From an uncultured Alphaproteobacteria bacterium (lineage in GTDB: Bacteria > Pseudomonadota > Alphaproteobacteria > MPNO01 > DASWLB01), in contig CAVZIN010000007.1 in NCBI GenBank assembly GCA_963775315.1, forward strand, positions 393,193-457,192: a stretch of DNA of 64,000 nt. Direction: 5' to 3'. The position numbers and the translations under genes were made by a program. Of this stretch, positions 1 to 12,206 are shown one piece after another. How positions within the stretch are numbered: the first letter of the stretch is position 1; each line of letters begins with the position of its first letter. The notes under the pieces were generated by a model. It did not search any database and was not told where the DNA came from. It saw nothing but the letters and a program-made list of their open reading frames with translations.

Positions 1-256
1 GAACTCGGCGCGCGCCGTTTCGACGAGCGCCGCGAACCAGCCTGCGCCCATGCGCGCCGCCTCTCCCGGCGCGGAGTGGAGCGCCACCGCGCACCCGGCC
101 GCGCGCGCGGCCTGGAGAGTCGCCCGCGCCTCGTCGAGCGAGCGCACCACCACGGCCTGCGCACGGCGGCGTGCGGGAACGATCGGCGGCGGGGCCGCGT
201 TTCGGTGGGGAAGCCGCTCCCGCGCAGGGGGCGTGCGGTTGTTGTCCGGCGAAGCC

Positions 257-2230
257 ATGGATCGCATTCTGCGCACGATAGTGGGGATCGTCAGCGCCCT
301 TTTAGCCTGCATATTGGGGCTGGGTGTCGCTCTTGTCGTGGTCCTCGTGCTGATCGACTGGAACGTTTTCACGCCGCTGATCGCCCAGCAGGCCTCGACG
401 GCCAGCGGGCGCCAGGTCTCGATCGGCCATGTCGCGATGCACCTTTCCACGACGCCGGAGATCCGGGTGCAGGACCTCGCGATCGGCAACCCGCCCTGGG
501 CGAAGCACAAGGACATGATGCGCATCAAGGATGCGGACATCGTCTTTCACCTCTGGCCGCTGCTCTATGGTCGGCTGGAGATCGACCGTATGCGGCTCGC
601 CGGCAGCGAATTCCACCTGGAGAAGAAGGGCGGCAAGGACAATTGGCACTTCGGCGCGACCAACGTCACCACCGGCGCGGTCAAGGCGGTCAGCCCGAAG
701 CGGCGCACGCAGTTCCCGGTGATCCACCGCCTCGCCATCGAAGGCAGCGACATCACCTTCGATTCCGACACGCTGAAGCAGCCCGTGGCCGCGCATTTCG
801 ACACCGTGGCGGCCGGCGCGCCCGGCATGAGCCAGCCGATCGTCGTCGACATGAAGGGGCGCTACAACCGGAAGCCGTTCGAGGGCAAGTTCGACTTCGG
901 ATCGTACGACGCGCTGCGCACCTCGGGAAAGCCGTTCCCGGCGAAGGGCGAGCTGCATATCGGCGGTCTCGATACGGCGCTCAACGGCACGGTGACCGAG
1001 CCGCTGCAGTTCAAGGGCTGGCAAGGGCAGGTGTCGCTCTCCGGCGGCAACCTGGATGAGTTGCATCAGATCCTCGACCTGCCGGTCCCGACCTCGCCGC
1101 CCTTCAAGCTGACCGGCAAGGTGTCGAAGGAGGACAAGACCTGGCACCTGAAGGATTTCCGCGGCCGGCTGGGCTCGACCGACCTCGAGGGCGACATCTC
1201 GGTCGACACCGGGCAGAAGCCGCCGCATCTCGTCGCCAATATCGCCTCGCGCGCGGTGGACATGACCGATCTCAAGGGCTTCATCGGCCGCAGCCCCGGC
1301 ACCAAGCCGCCGGCCAAAGGCGGGCCTTCGGCGAACCCGCGCCGCGCCAAGTACCTGATCCCGAACGAGCCGTTCCACCTCGAGAAGCTGCGGGCGATGA
1401 ACGTCGCGCTCGATTTCGACGGGAAGTCGGTGAAGTCGGGTGGGCGCGCGCTTTCCAACCTCAAGGTCAAGCTGGTTCTCGACCACGGCAAGCTGGTCAT
1501 CGACAGCCTGAGCCTCGGCGTGCTCGGTGGAACGGTGATGGGTTCGGCGGCGCTCGACGCCGCGGGGAAAGTGCCCGACGTCGGCGCGCGGGTCCAGCTC
1601 AAGGGGCTGCATCTCGGCACGCTGCTCTCCGTGACCGGCGTGACCGACGCTTCGCGCGGGATCTTCCATGGCTATCTCGCCCTCAAGTCGCGAGGCGACT
1701 CGATGCACCAGCTTGCCGCCCACATGAACGGCTCGGGTTCACTCGTGATGGAGGGCGGCGAGATCAGCGACCTGGTCCTGCAGGCCGTCGCGCTCGATCT
1801 GCAGCAGGCGCTGCGCGACCTCCTGATTACCAAGGGTCGGATGATGCAGATAAGCTGCTTCATGGCGCCGATCCAGATCCACGACGGCGATCTCGTCGCC
1901 AACCCGTGGGTGATGTCGACGCCCGACACGCTGCTCAGCCTCACCGGCCACTTGAACCTTGGCACCGAGAAGGTGCAGTTGCGCCTCCTGGGCCAGCCCA
2001 AGGACTACAGCTTCTTCAATGCCCTGACGGCGGTGAACGTGACCGGAGACCTCACCCACCGCACCGCCTCGGTGAACAAGCTGGGGGTCGCGATCAAGCT
2101 GGTGGAGAAGACCCTGCTCGCGCCGCTGATGCCGCTGATCTCGCCGAGCATCCAGCAGTCCGCCCAAACCGCGTCGCCCTGCCACAAGCTCCTTACCCAG
2201 AAGACGCGTCCTCCGCCGGAGGGGCGGTAG
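257..2230 (+). CDS. AsmA family outer-membrane assembly protein
   Basis: Frame of ORF 50..2230. ATG at 257 (MDRILRTIVGIV...) gives an N-terminal TM anchor followed by a long periplasmic domain with the AsmA-like N-terminal pattern (...GNPPW...DRMRLAGSEFHLEKKGGKDNWHF). The 69 codons upstream are Arg/Ala-rich filler. Confidence 0.75.
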   Translation: MDRILRTIVGIVSALLACILGLGVALVVVLVLIDWNVFTPLIAQQASTASGRQVSIGHVAMHLSTTPEIRVQDLAIGNPPWAKHKDMMRIKDADIVFHLWPLLYGRLEIDRMRLAGSEFHLEKKGGKDNWHFGATNVTTGAVKAVSPKRRTQFPVIHRLAIEGSDITFDSDTLKQPVAAHFDTVAAGAPGMSQPIVVDMKGRYNRKPFEGKFDFGSYDALRTSGKPFPAKGELHIGGLDTALNGTVTEPLQFKGWQGQVSLSGGNLDELHQILDLPVPTSPPFKLTGKVSKEDKTWHLKDFRGRLGSTDLEGDISVDTGQKPPHLVANIASRAVDMTDLKGFIGRSPGTKPPAKGGPSANPRRAKYLIPNEPFHLEKLRAMNVALDFDGKSVKSGGRALSNLKVKLVLDHGKLVIDSLSLGVLGGTVMGSAALDAAGKVPDVGARVQLKGLHLGTLLSVTGVTDASRGIFHGYLALKSRGDSMHQLAAHMNGSGSLVMEGGEISDLVLQAVALDLQQALRDLLITKGRMMQISCFMAPIQIHDGDLVANPWVMSTPDTLLSLTGHLNLGTEKVQLRLLGQPKDYSFFNALTAVNVTGDLTHRTASVNKLGVAIKLVEKTLLAPLMPLISPSIQQSAQTASPCHKLLTQKTRPPPEGR

Positions 2231-2238
2231 CCTCCGGC

Positions 2239-3384
2239 TCAGCGGTCGCCGCCGATTTCTACCATTTGGCTGGGCGCCGGACGGGCCGCGGCTTTTTTCG
2301 GCGAGCGGCCGTTCAGGAACTCGCCAAGCGCGGCGAGCGGACCGCAATGGTTGCAGACGCTCTTGAGCACGATCAGGATCGGCACCGCCATCAGCCCCCC
2401 TGCGATGCCCCAGAACCAACTCCAGAACACCACCCAGACGAAGATGACCGGCGGGTTGAGCTCCAGCCGGCGGCCGAGCAGGGACGGGGTGATGAACTGG
2501 TTCTCGATGCCGTTGGCGGCGAGATAGATCGCTGGCGCCATCGCCGCGCCCCACAACGTGTCGAAATGGGTGAGCGCCACCAGGAACACGATGGCGAGTC
2601 CGACCGCGAGGCCGAAATAGGGGATGAAGTTCAGCATCGCCACCATCACCCCCCACAGCACCGGATTGGGCATGCCGATGAAGTACAGCCCCGTCGCCAC
2701 CGTCGCGCCGAGCCCGAAATTGATCAGCGTAATGCTGAACAGGTAGTTCGAGACGTCGCGCAGGATCTCGCGGCTCATCGCCATCGCCTCGCGCTTCTGC
2801 TGGAGGCGGGGCAGGATGCCGACGAGCTTCTCGCGGAACAAATCGCCCGAGGCGAGCAGGAAGAAGGTCAGCACCACGCATACGAGAAGCCCGACGCCGG
2901 TGCGCTGGGCGCGGTCGAGCACGCCGGCGAGCAGCCCCTTTTCCTTCACCGAGACGACGAGGGGCGGGTTCGGCCCGCCGCCCGAAAGCTCGGTCGCCTT
3001 CTCGACGTTCTTCGCCGCCTTCTGCACCTGTTGGACCTGGCGCTGCACCGGCAGCAGCTTGTCGCGCAGCTCGTAGTAAGCGCTCGGTCCCTGCTGCACC
3101 CAGGTCGCCGCCGGTTCGACGAGACGAACGAAGGCGAGCGAGATCACGGTCACCACGGCGGCGACGACAATCAGCGCGGCGATCGGCGCCGGCAGATGGA
3201 GGCGGCGCAGTGTTGCGGCCGCCGGCGCCAGCACCAGGGACAGCAAGCATCCGGCGACGACCGGCACGAAGAATTCGGATGCGAAATAAAGGGCGGCGAA
3301 GCACGCCAGCACGAACAGCCCGATGATCGCCACCGTGCGCGCCCGGCTCCCGTCGTCGTGCCGCCCCTCGACCAGACTTGCCAC
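2239..3384 (-). CDS. AI-2E family transporter (PerM/UPF0118-like permease)
   Basis: ORF 2239..3552 minus. Polytopic membrane protein with the AI-2E core (..[36 protein letters not shown]..). The 5' part of the ORF is Arg/Pro-rich and overlaps csoR, so the start is placed at the in-frame GTG (VASLVEG) near 3384. Start is uncertain. Confidence 0.7.
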   Translation of the reverse strand: MASLVEGRHDDGSRARTVAIIGLFVLACFAALYFASEFFVPVVAGCLLSLVLAPAAATLRRLHLPAPIAALIVVAAVVTVISLAFVRLVEPAATWVQQGPSAYYELRDKLLPVQRQVQQVQKAAKNVEKATELSGGGPNPPLVVSVKEKGLLAGVLDRAQRTGVGLLVCVVLTFFLLASGDLFREKLVGILPRLQQKREAMAMSREILRDVSNYLFSITLINFGLGATVATGLYFIGMPNPVLWGVMVAMLNFIPYFGLAVGLAIVFLVALTHFDTLWGAAMAPAIYLAANGIENQFITPSLLGRRLELNPPVIFVWVVFWSWFWGIAGGLMAVPILIVLKSVCNHCGPLAALGEFLNGRSPKKAAARPAPSQMVEIGGDR

Positions 3385-3472
3385 CGAAGGCCTCCCTCCA
3401 CCTGGGCGTGGCGCAGGCCGGTGGGCAAGCCATGCGCGCCGGGATAACGCGCCGCGAGGAAACGCGGTTCCG

Positions 3473-3763
3473 CTACCCTCTGCGCTCGCGCCCGGTGGCG
3501 CCGTCGAGGACCGCCAGAAGCTCGGCAATCTTCGCACGCTGGTCGCGGGCATTGCCGCTCGCGATCGCGCCGTCGATGCAGTGCGCGACGTGCTCCTTCA
3601 GGATGCCGTCGGCAACCCGTTGCAGCGCGGCGCGCGCTGCCTTGATCTGCATCAGGATGTCGATGCAGTAGCGCTCGTCCTCGACCATCTGGGCGATGCC
3701 GCGCACTTGGCCCTCGATGCGGCGGAGCCGGGGCAGGGCGGCCTTGTGGGTGGCGTGACGCAT
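3473..3763 (-). CDS. csoR: CsoR/RcnR family metal-sensing transcriptional repressor
   Basis: ORF 3473..3814 minus. From the internal ATG: [47 protein letters not shown]...HCI (DUF156 fold with conserved Cys/His metal ligands). Transcribed divergently from copA. Confidence 0.85.
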   Translation of the reverse strand: MRHATHKAALPRLRRIEGQVRGIAQMVEDERYCIDILMQIKAARAALQRVADGILKEHVAHCIDGAIASGNARDQRAKIAELLAVLDGATGRERRG

Positions 3764-3771
3764 GATTGCAA

Positions 3772-3790
3772 TATACCCCCCAGGGGTATA
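3772..3790. promoter_or_regulatory. Putative CsoR operator (GC-tract palindrome TATACCCC-N-GGGGTATA) in the csoR/copA divergent promoter region
   Basis: Perfect inverted repeat TATACCCCC/CAGGGGTATA, 8 bp after the csoR start codon and 13 bp before the copA ATG. It resembles known CsoR operators (AT-flanked C/G-tract palindromes). TATAAATAC follows immediately. Confidence 0.6.
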
Positions 3791-3802
3791 AATACAACAT
3801 TC

Positions 3803-6154
<2,352 letters not shown>

Positions 6155-6167
6155 GAACGGGGTCGGA

Positions 6168-7208
6168 TTGGCGACGCGTCGGAAGACCAGGCGGAAGGGC
6201 ACAGGGAAGGGCAAGGCCGAACGGCGAAGCCAGCGAGCGCCGCTGATCGCCTCGGGCGCCCTCGCCGTTGCCGCGATCGGGGCGCTCGCCCTCGCGCTGG
6301 GCATGCGGCCCGAGGGCCAGGCGCCGAAGCCGCGGCCGGTGGCCGCCCGCCACGTCGAAACCGCCCGCCTCGCGCCTTCCCCGCATGTCGTGCCGCATCC
6401 GGCGGCTCCTCCGACCCCGCCGCATCCGGCCGCGCGGGCCCCGGCCGCCGCGCCGCCGCCGTCCCACGCCGCCGAGCCCGCCTGGCTCGCCTACGCCGTT
6501 CCGGCGCCGGCGTCAGAGGGACGGCCGATGATCGCCGTCGTGATCGACGACATGGGGATGAACCGCGCCATGTCGGCCCGCGCGGTGAAGCTGCCCGCGG
6601 ACGTGACGCTCTCCTACCTGCCCTATGCTGACGAGGTGGCGCGCCAGGCCGCGGAGGCGCGCGCCCGCGGCCACGAGCTCATCGTCCACGTGCCGATGGC
6701 GCCCGAGGGCGCGGCCGATCCCGGACCGCACGCGCTGTACCCGACCCTGCCGCCGGACGAGATCGAACGCCGTCTCGACTGGGCGCTCGCCCGCTTCTCG
6801 GGCTATGTCGGGATCAACAATCACGAGGGCAGCCGCTTCACCGCCGATCTGCGTGGCATGGACATCGTGCTCTCGACCCTGAAGCGTCGCGGGCTGCTGT
6901 TCCTCGATTCACGTACCACGGCGCGCACCGTCGCGCCCGGCCTCGCCCGGCGGCTCGACCTGCCATTCGCCCAGCGCACCGTGTTCCTCGACGACGTGGC
7001 GACTCCCGAGGCGGTGCGCCGCCAGCTCGCAGTCCTCGAGGGGGTGGCGCGGCGCGATGGCGCCGCGATCGCCATCGGTCACCCGAAGGCGGCGACGCTC
7101 GATGCACTCGGACCGTGGCTGGAAACGCTGGCGGGGCGCGGCTTCGTGCTGGTGCCGCTTACCGCCATCGTCGCGCGCAACTACGCCGCGACGCATGCGC
7201 GCGGCTGA
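6168..7208 (+). CDS. Divergent polysaccharide deacetylase family protein (YibQ-like), membrane-anchored with Pro-rich linker
   Basis: ORF 6168..7208 (TTG/alternative start). Basic N-terminus, one TM helix, Pro/Ala-rich linker, then the conserved YibQ core (MIAVVIDDMGMN...LSYLPY...GHELIVHVPMAPEG). 13 bp downstream of copA. Confidence 0.7.
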   Translation: MATRRKTRRKGTGKGKAERRSQRAPLIASGALAVAAIGALALALGMRPEGQAPKPRPVAARHVETARLAPSPHVVPHPAAPPTPPHPAARAPAAAPPPSHAAEPAWLAYAVPAPASEGRPMIAVVIDDMGMNRAMSARAVKLPADVTLSYLPYADEVARQAAEARARGHELIVHVPMAPEGAADPGPHALYPTLPPDEIERRLDWALARFSGYVGINNHEGSRFTADLRGMDIVLSTLKRRGLLFLDSRTTARTVAPGLARRLDLPFAQRTVFLDDVATPEAVRRQLAVLEGVARRDGAAIAIGHPKAATLDALGPWLETLAGRGFVLVPLTAIVARNYAATHARG

Positions 7209-7220
7209 CGCGGCAACGGA

Positions 7221-7661
7221 TTAAGGCTCGGCGGCGGTCGGCTGAACCAGAACCTTCACGGTGATGGTGCCGGCCTTGGCGAAGCGCAGCACGAGGTCGA
7301 ACGTCCCGCCGCGCGCGACCGGGTGGGTGAGGCCCGAGATGGCGATGCGCGGGCCCCAGGAGGCGAGGCTCACCGGCTTGCCCGGGGGCAGCGCGAGCGT
7401 CGCGATCGGCATCCCGTCCTTGCCCTTCACCGCGACCGAGGTCGCGATCGGGCTCGACACCTCGAGCAGTGCATCGGGTGCGCCGCCGGTATTGAACAGC
7501 GGGCCGTAGACCGCGGTCGCGCCGTCCCTCGAGGGCGGCGCCCAAACATGTCCGATCTCGATGGCGCCCAGCTTGTAGCCGTGCGCCGAGGCTGCGGCGG
7601 GTACGACGGCCATCGCGCATGCGAGGAATATCGCCCGCACACGGGCGCTGCGGAGGCTCAT
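7221..7661 (-). CDS. Periplasmic copper chaperone PCu(A)C (DUF461)
   Basis: ORF 7221..7661 minus. Signal peptide plus the HGYKLGAIEIGHVWAPP... motif typical of PCuAC. Its start overlaps the cox11 stop by 4 nt. Confidence 0.8.
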   Translation of the reverse strand: MSLRSARVRAIFLACAMAVVPAAASAHGYKLGAIEIGHVWAPPSRDGATAVYGPLFNTGGAPDALLEVSSPIATSVAVKGKDGMPIATLALPPGKPVSLASWGPRIAISGLTHPVARGGTFDLVLRFAKAGTITVKVLVQPTAAEP

Positions 7662-8305
7662 TTGCGCCGCGCGTCGTTCTCGAACGCGGCGACCGGGTCG
7701 CGGGCGATCTCAGCCTGCTCCGACTTCGAACCGGTGGCGAGGTCGCGCGCCGCGCTCACCTCGGCGGGGCTCAGATCCTTCTGCTCGAAGAAGGTGTAGG
7801 ACAGGGTGATCTGGCTCACGTCGTCGACCCCGTGGTCCTTCAGCGCCTGCTCGTCCACATAAAACACCAGCGGCATCTTGGCGCTCTCGCCCGGTGCCAG
7901 CCGCTCGTTGGTGAAGCAGAAGCACTGGACCTTGAAGAAGTAGGGGGCAATCTTGTATGGCGTGACGTTATAGGTGGCCCGGGCGACAATCGTATGATCG
8001 GAAAGGTTCTTGGCGACGTAATAGGCCTTGGTCGGCTTGCCGATTTCGGCCGTCACCTGGCGCTGCCCGGGCTCGAACGACCAGTCGAGGCCCGGCGCCA
8101 CGTTCGCATCGAACATCACCGTGACGCGGCGCGTGCCGGGCTCGGCAGCCTGCGCGGCCGGGCCGACGCCCCGCTTCACCGTGCCGCCATAGCCGGTCGC
8201 GCCGCAGAACAGGCGGTAGAGGGTCGGGGCGTAGCTGACCCCGACGCCCGAGATCCCGAGAAGGGCGAAGGCCCCGACAACGGAGAACACATTCCGGCGC
8301 TTCAT
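7658..8305 (-). CDS. ctaG: Cytochrome c oxidase assembly protein CtaG/Cox11 (CuB insertion)
   Basis: ORF 7658..8305 minus. N-terminal TM anchor and the conserved Cox11 core including the CFCF motif (FKVQCFCFTNERLAPGESAKMPLVFYVD). Confidence 0.9.
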   Translation of the reverse strand: MKRRNVFSVVGAFALLGISGVGVSYAPTLYRLFCGATGYGGTVKRGVGPAAQAAEPGTRRVTVMFDANVAPGLDWSFEPGQRQVTAEIGKPTKAYYVAKNLSDHTIVARATYNVTPYKIAPYFFKVQCFCFTNERLAPGESAKMPLVFYVDEQALKDHGVDDVSQITLSYTFFEQKDLSPAEVSAARDLATGSKSEQAEIARDPVAAFENDARRK

Positions 8306-8483
8306 GGGCGGAGAATCCGCCCTTTTTCAGGACGCCGCAACGCGGATTTCGCGCGGCGTAAAGTCGCGCAAAGGGCGATTCGGGTCGCCTGCGTCCTAGC
8401 CGCCGGCGCCGCTCTCCTGGGCGTCCGCGCCGTCCCTCGCCCAGTCCGTCGGCCCGTCCGCTGTCCTGCCCGTCGCGCAGACG

Positions 8484-9800
8484 GTGATGGTGACGACGCC
8501 GCAGGAGCTTCAGGCGGCCATCCGGAAGGCCGAGCCGGGTGAGCGCATCGCGCTGGCCCCGGGCACCTACGAGTTGGGCCGCACCAATATCGTCCGCTCG
8601 GGGACGCCGGACCGGCCGATCATGCTCACCGTCGCGATTCCGGGCTCGGCGCACATCCACAGCCATGCGGTGGAGCTGTTCAACCTGCGCGCGCACGACT
8701 GGGTGTTCGACGGGTTGGACATCGAAGGCGGCAAAGGGACCGACCACGCCTTCCATATCGTCGCGGACGCCGACCGCACGGTGATCCGCAACAGCCGGTT
8801 TCGCAACTTCAACGCCGCCATCAAGGCCAACCAGGAAGGCGGCATGCTGCCCGACCGGGTGGTCGTCGAAAGCAACGTGTTCTACAACGATACGATCCGC
8901 AGCGACGCCGTGCCCGTGACGCCGATGGACATCGTCGGCGGCGACCGTTGGCGGATCCGCGAGAATTTCGTCGCCGATTTCGCCTCGACCGACCGCATCA
9001 CCTACGGGCTGTTCCTGAAGGGCGGCAGCACGAACGGGATCGTCGAGCGCAACCTGGTGGTCTGCGAATGGAAGACGCATGGCGGGATTCGCGTCGGGAT
9101 GTCGTTCGGCGGCGGCGGCACGACGGAAGGCGCGATCTACCGCACCAAGGAGGGCGACGAGGAAGGCGGCGGGATCATGCGCAACAACATCATCGCCAAC
9201 TGCCCCAACGCCGAGGGGATCTATCTGAACAAGGCCGCAAACTCGAAGATCGTCAACAATACGATCTACAACGCCTACGGCATCCAGGCGCGCTTCCCGG
9301 TGTCCTCGCCGAGCGAGATCCGCAACAACATCATTTCGGGCGCGATCACGACGCGGTCCGGCGCAATCGTCGTCGCGGAGAACAACATCGCCACCGGCCA
9401 TGGACTTGGCGACTACATCCCGCCTGCGATCCGAACGCTGACACTCCGCATCTCCGACTACAATTCCAAGTTCCCGCGACTGGTCAGCCGAGCGAACGTG
9501 ATGTGGGCGCAGCGCCAGATCCAAGGGATGGGCGACTGGCTGGGCCGCGGGCCGCTCGGGCGCGGACTTTCCGACTTCCGCACCTGGTTCGTCGCGCCCG
9601 CCTTGCTCGATTTCGATCCGGTTTCCCTCAGCGGCATCGCCGGGCGCGGCATCGCGCTGCCCGAGGTGACCGACGATTTCTGCGGCCAGAAGCGATCCGG
9701 CCCGACCGTCGACCTGGGCGCCATCGAGTATTCCGCCGGACGCTGTAACGCCACGAACTGGGCCGAGCCCCGGCTCCGCGCTTTTCCCGAGACGAGGTGA
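8484..9800 (+). CDS. Right-handed parallel beta-helix repeat protein (pectate-lyase fold, possible polysaccharide lyase/epimerase)
   Basis: ORF 8484..9800. Repeated NxxIxN / asparagine-ladder beta-helix turns (RNNIIANCPNAEGIYLNKAANSKIVNNTIYNAYGIQ...IRNNIISGAIT). No obvious N-terminal signal peptide from this start. Confidence 0.65.
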   Translation: MMVTTPQELQAAIRKAEPGERIALAPGTYELGRTNIVRSGTPDRPIMLTVAIPGSAHIHSHAVELFNLRAHDWVFDGLDIEGGKGTDHAFHIVADADRTVIRNSRFRNFNAAIKANQEGGMLPDRVVVESNVFYNDTIRSDAVPVTPMDIVGGDRWRIRENFVADFASTDRITYGLFLKGGSTNGIVERNLVVCEWKTHGGIRVGMSFGGGGTTEGAIYRTKEGDEEGGGIMRNNIIANCPNAEGIYLNKAANSKIVNNTIYNAYGIQARFPVSSPSEIRNNIISGAITTRSGAIVVAENNIATGHGLGDYIPPAIRTLTLRISDYNSKFPRLVSRANVMWAQRQIQGMGDWLGRGPLGRGLSDFRTWFVAPALLDFDPVSLSGIAGRGIALPEVTDDFCGQKRSGPTVDLGAIEYSAGRCNATNWAEPRLRAFPETR

Positions 9801-9801
9801 C

Positions 9802-10953
9802 ATGACCGAACCCCGCACCCGCCCGCCGTTCCGCGCCGACCATGTCGGCAGCTTGCTCCGTCCCGGCCGCCTCAAGGCGGCACGCGAGCGGATCCTCGGC
9901 CCGCAGACGCCGGACTCGAGCCTCGCGCCGCACAACTCGGCCGAGCTCGCCCGCGTCGAGAACGAATGCGTTGCCGAGGTCGTCGCGATGCAGGAGCGGG
10001 TCGGGCTCCGCGCCGTTACCGATGGCGAGTTCCGCCGCCGGAGCTGGTGGTTGGAGCTGATCCTGAACTGGGAGGGGTTCGCGGCCACCCGCCAGGGTCA
10101 GTCCGACTTCGCCTGGCGCGACGACAAGGGCAACCGCCAGGCGTTCTCGGCGCTGTGGGTGACGGGCCCCATCCGCTGGCGTCCCTCGGCCATCGTGCGC
10201 GCGTTCGAATATCTCCATTCGGTGGCGCATGCGGTTCCCAAGGTGACGCTGCCCGCGCCCGACGTCGTCCATTGCTTCATGGGCGGCGACCGCGCGATCC
10301 GCGAGGGGCACTACAAGGATCCGGAGGCGTTCTGGGCCGACCTGGTCGCCGCTTACCGGAAGGAGCTCGACGCGCTGGTCGCGGCTGGCTGCCGCTACAT
10401 CCAGCTCGACGACACCTCGATCGCCTTCTTGTGCGATCCATCGCTGCGCGAGGTGTTCCGGGGCTGGGGCTCGGAGCCCGAGCAGGTGCTTTCGGAATAT
10501 GCGCGCCGGATCAACGAGACGGTGGCGGCCCTGCCCGACGACGTGACCGTGACGTTCCACCAGTGCCGCGGCAACCGCGAGGGTATGTGGGCGGCCGAAG
10601 GCGGGTACGATCCGGTCGCCGACGTGCTGTTCAACCAGATAAACGTCGCCGGCTATTTCCTCGAGTACGACACGGCGCGGGCCGGCACGTTCGCGCCGCT
10701 CCGCTACGTGCCAGAGGGCAAGGTCGTCGCGCTCGGGCTGATGTCGTCGAAGAACCCGGTGCTGGAACCGGCCGACGCGCTCGTCCGACGCATCGAGGAG
10801 GCGGCGAAGTTCGTGCCCATCGAGCGCCTCGCCGTCGCGCCGCAATGCGGGTTCGCGAGCTCGTTCGGCGGCAACCCAATGACCGAGGCCCAGGAGGAGG
10901 CGAAACTCGCCCGGCTTGTCGAGGTCGCGCGAAAGGTCTGGCCCGACGCCTGA
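9802..10953 (+). CDS. Cobalamin-independent methionine synthase II family protein (MetE C-terminal-domain-like, zinc methyltransferase)
   Basis: ORF 9802..10953. N-terminus ...DHVGSLLRP...VVAMQERVGLRAVTDGEFRR, zinc-ligand motifs FHQCRGN and APQCGF. Begins 2 nt after the stop of the beta-helix gene. Confidence 0.8.
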   Translation: MTEPRTRPPFRADHVGSLLRPGRLKAARERILGPQTPDSSLAPHNSAELARVENECVAEVVAMQERVGLRAVTDGEFRRRSWWLELILNWEGFAATRQGQSDFAWRDDKGNRQAFSALWVTGPIRWRPSAIVRAFEYLHSVAHAVPKVTLPAPDVVHCFMGGDRAIREGHYKDPEAFWADLVAAYRKELDALVAAGCRYIQLDDTSIAFLCDPSLREVFRGWGSEPEQVLSEYARRINETVAALPDDVTVTFHQCRGNREGMWAAEGGYDPVADVLFNQINVAGYFLEYDTARAGTFAPLRYVPEGKVVALGLMSSKNPVLEPADALVRRIEEAAKFVPIERLAVAPQCGFASSFGGNPMTEAQEEAKLARLVEVARKVWPDA

Positions 10954-10965
10954 GCGCCGGCGCCG

Positions 10966-11160
10966 CTATTCCGCCGCGGCGCGCTTCGGGTCGTACCCCG
11001 CGTAGTCCTTGTCGCCGAGCGCCTGGATCGCCGGCAGCACCTCGGCCGCGAAGCGGCGGATGTTGCGCTCGGTGCGCTCGGCGTCCAGCGAGCCGAACTG
11101 CAAGAGCGTGATGAACGAGCCGAAGCCGAGCTCGCGATGCGCCTCGGTGATGCGCTGAGC
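10966..11160 (-). pseudogene. Remnant of the 3' end of a luciferase-like (LLM class) flavin-dependent oxidoreductase gene
   Basis: The last ~65 codons of ORF 10966..12279 (minus) read like an LLM C-terminus (..RITEAHRELGFGSFITLLQFGSLDAERTERNIRRFAAEVLPAIQALGDKDY..). Upstream, that frame runs through the dctP-like gene in a different frame as Arg/Gly-rich filler, so only a C-terminal fragment survives. Confidence 0.4.
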
Positions 11161-11201
11161 AGATAAGCCAACTACTCGAATAGCTTGTCGAGTTCCGGCC
11201 G

Positions 11202-12206
11202 CTACTTGTCGCCCGCCTTCTTCAACTCGGACCTGAAGGCGGCGAGGACTGCGGCGCCGTTCGGCGTGGTCTTGATCCACTCCTGCACCACCGGCTCCGC
11301 GGCGGCTTCCCACCGCGCCTCCTCCTTCGGGTCCAGCGAGGTCATGTGGTGGCCCGGAAGCTTCGCCACGTAGTTCTGCTGGAAGGTCGCGGTCTTGGCC
11401 AGCGCCTCGCCCATCCGGCGCGAGAAGGCGAGCCCCGAATATTTGTCGATCGCGGCCTTGGCCTTGGCCGGCAGGCGCTCGTAGCTCGTCTCGCTCATCA
11501 AGGTGAAGCCGCCGGGCGTGCCGAATGACACGTCGAGATGGTAGCTCGTCACCTCCTCCAGCTTGAACTGGACGAAGCCGGTCCAGCCCATCTGCACCCC
11601 GTCCACCGTGCCGCGCTGCAGCGCCTCGTAGTTCTCGGTGGTGGTCAGCGTGATCGGCGTCCCGCCCAGCCGCTCCATCAGCCGCGCGTTGGTGATGCCC
11701 TGGACGCCGATCTTGAGCCCGTGCAGATCCTCCATCTTGTGGATCGGTACGCGCGTCTGCAGGCCCGAGCCGGGATAGAGGTAGAGCGCGACCGGGTGAA
11801 CCTTGGAATATTCCTGCGCCAGCGTCCCGTCGGCGTAGAGGTTCCAGAGCGCCACCGAGCCCGGCACGATATCGTGCACCAGGAAGGGCAGGTCGACCAC
11901 GCTGGTGCCCTTGAACACGCCGCCATAGCTCGCCGGCGTCGAGTAGCCGATGTCGATGACGTTGTTCAGCAGCCGGTCGTAGGTGTTGCGGATGTTGGCG
12001 ATGGTGCCGCCGGTAAAGATGGTGATCTTCAGCGTGCCGTCCGAGGCGTTCTCCACATCCTTGGCCCACGGTGCGAGACCGCCGGTCAGGTTGGTCGAGG
12101 TGGGCGGGCCGGGGAAAGAGAACTTGAGGGTGGTGGGCTCGGCCGCGCGCGCCGCAAGCGGCAGGGCAAGCGCCACCGCCAGCGCGGCGAGCCATCGCTT
12201 GGACAT
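11202..12206 (-). CDS. TRAP transporter substrate-binding protein (DctP family), orphan
   Basis: ORF 11202..12263 minus. Start placed at MSKRWLAALAVALALPLAARA (signal peptide). DctP-family fold motifs. No adjacent dctQM. Confidence 0.85.
   Translation of the reverse strand: MSKRWLAALAVALALPLAARAAEPTTLKFSFPGPPTSTNLTGGLAPWAKDVENASDGTLKITIFTGGTIANIRNTYDRLLNNVIDIGYSTPASYGGVFKGTSVVDLPFLVHDIVPGSVALWNLYADGTLAQEYSKVHPVALYLYPGSGLQTRVPIHKMEDLHGLKIGVQGITNARLMERLGGTPITLTTTENYEALQRGTVDGVQMGWTGFVQFKLEEVTSYHLDVSFGTPGGFTLMSETSYERLPAKAKAAIDKYSGLAFSRRMGEALAKTATFQQNYVAKLPGHHMTSLDPKEEARWEAAAEPVVQEWIKTTPNGAAVLAAFRSELKKAGDK

Noticed and set aside
1-51. Possible 5' end of a minus-strand gene (ATG at 49..51 reading MGAGWFAALVETARAEF toward the window edge)
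   Set aside because: Only 17 codons are visible, with no family signal. The same bases are also in frame with the Arg/Ala-rich extension of the asmA ORF. Not callable.
302-3433. Long minus-strand ORFs (302..1723, 1739..3433) and the plus-strand ORF 1906..3447 overlapping asmA and the AI-2E transporter gene
   Set aside because: Arg/Ala/Gly/Pro-dominated translations with no domain-like segments. These are typical open alternative frames of a ~68% GC genome. The overlapped genes have clear family signatures.
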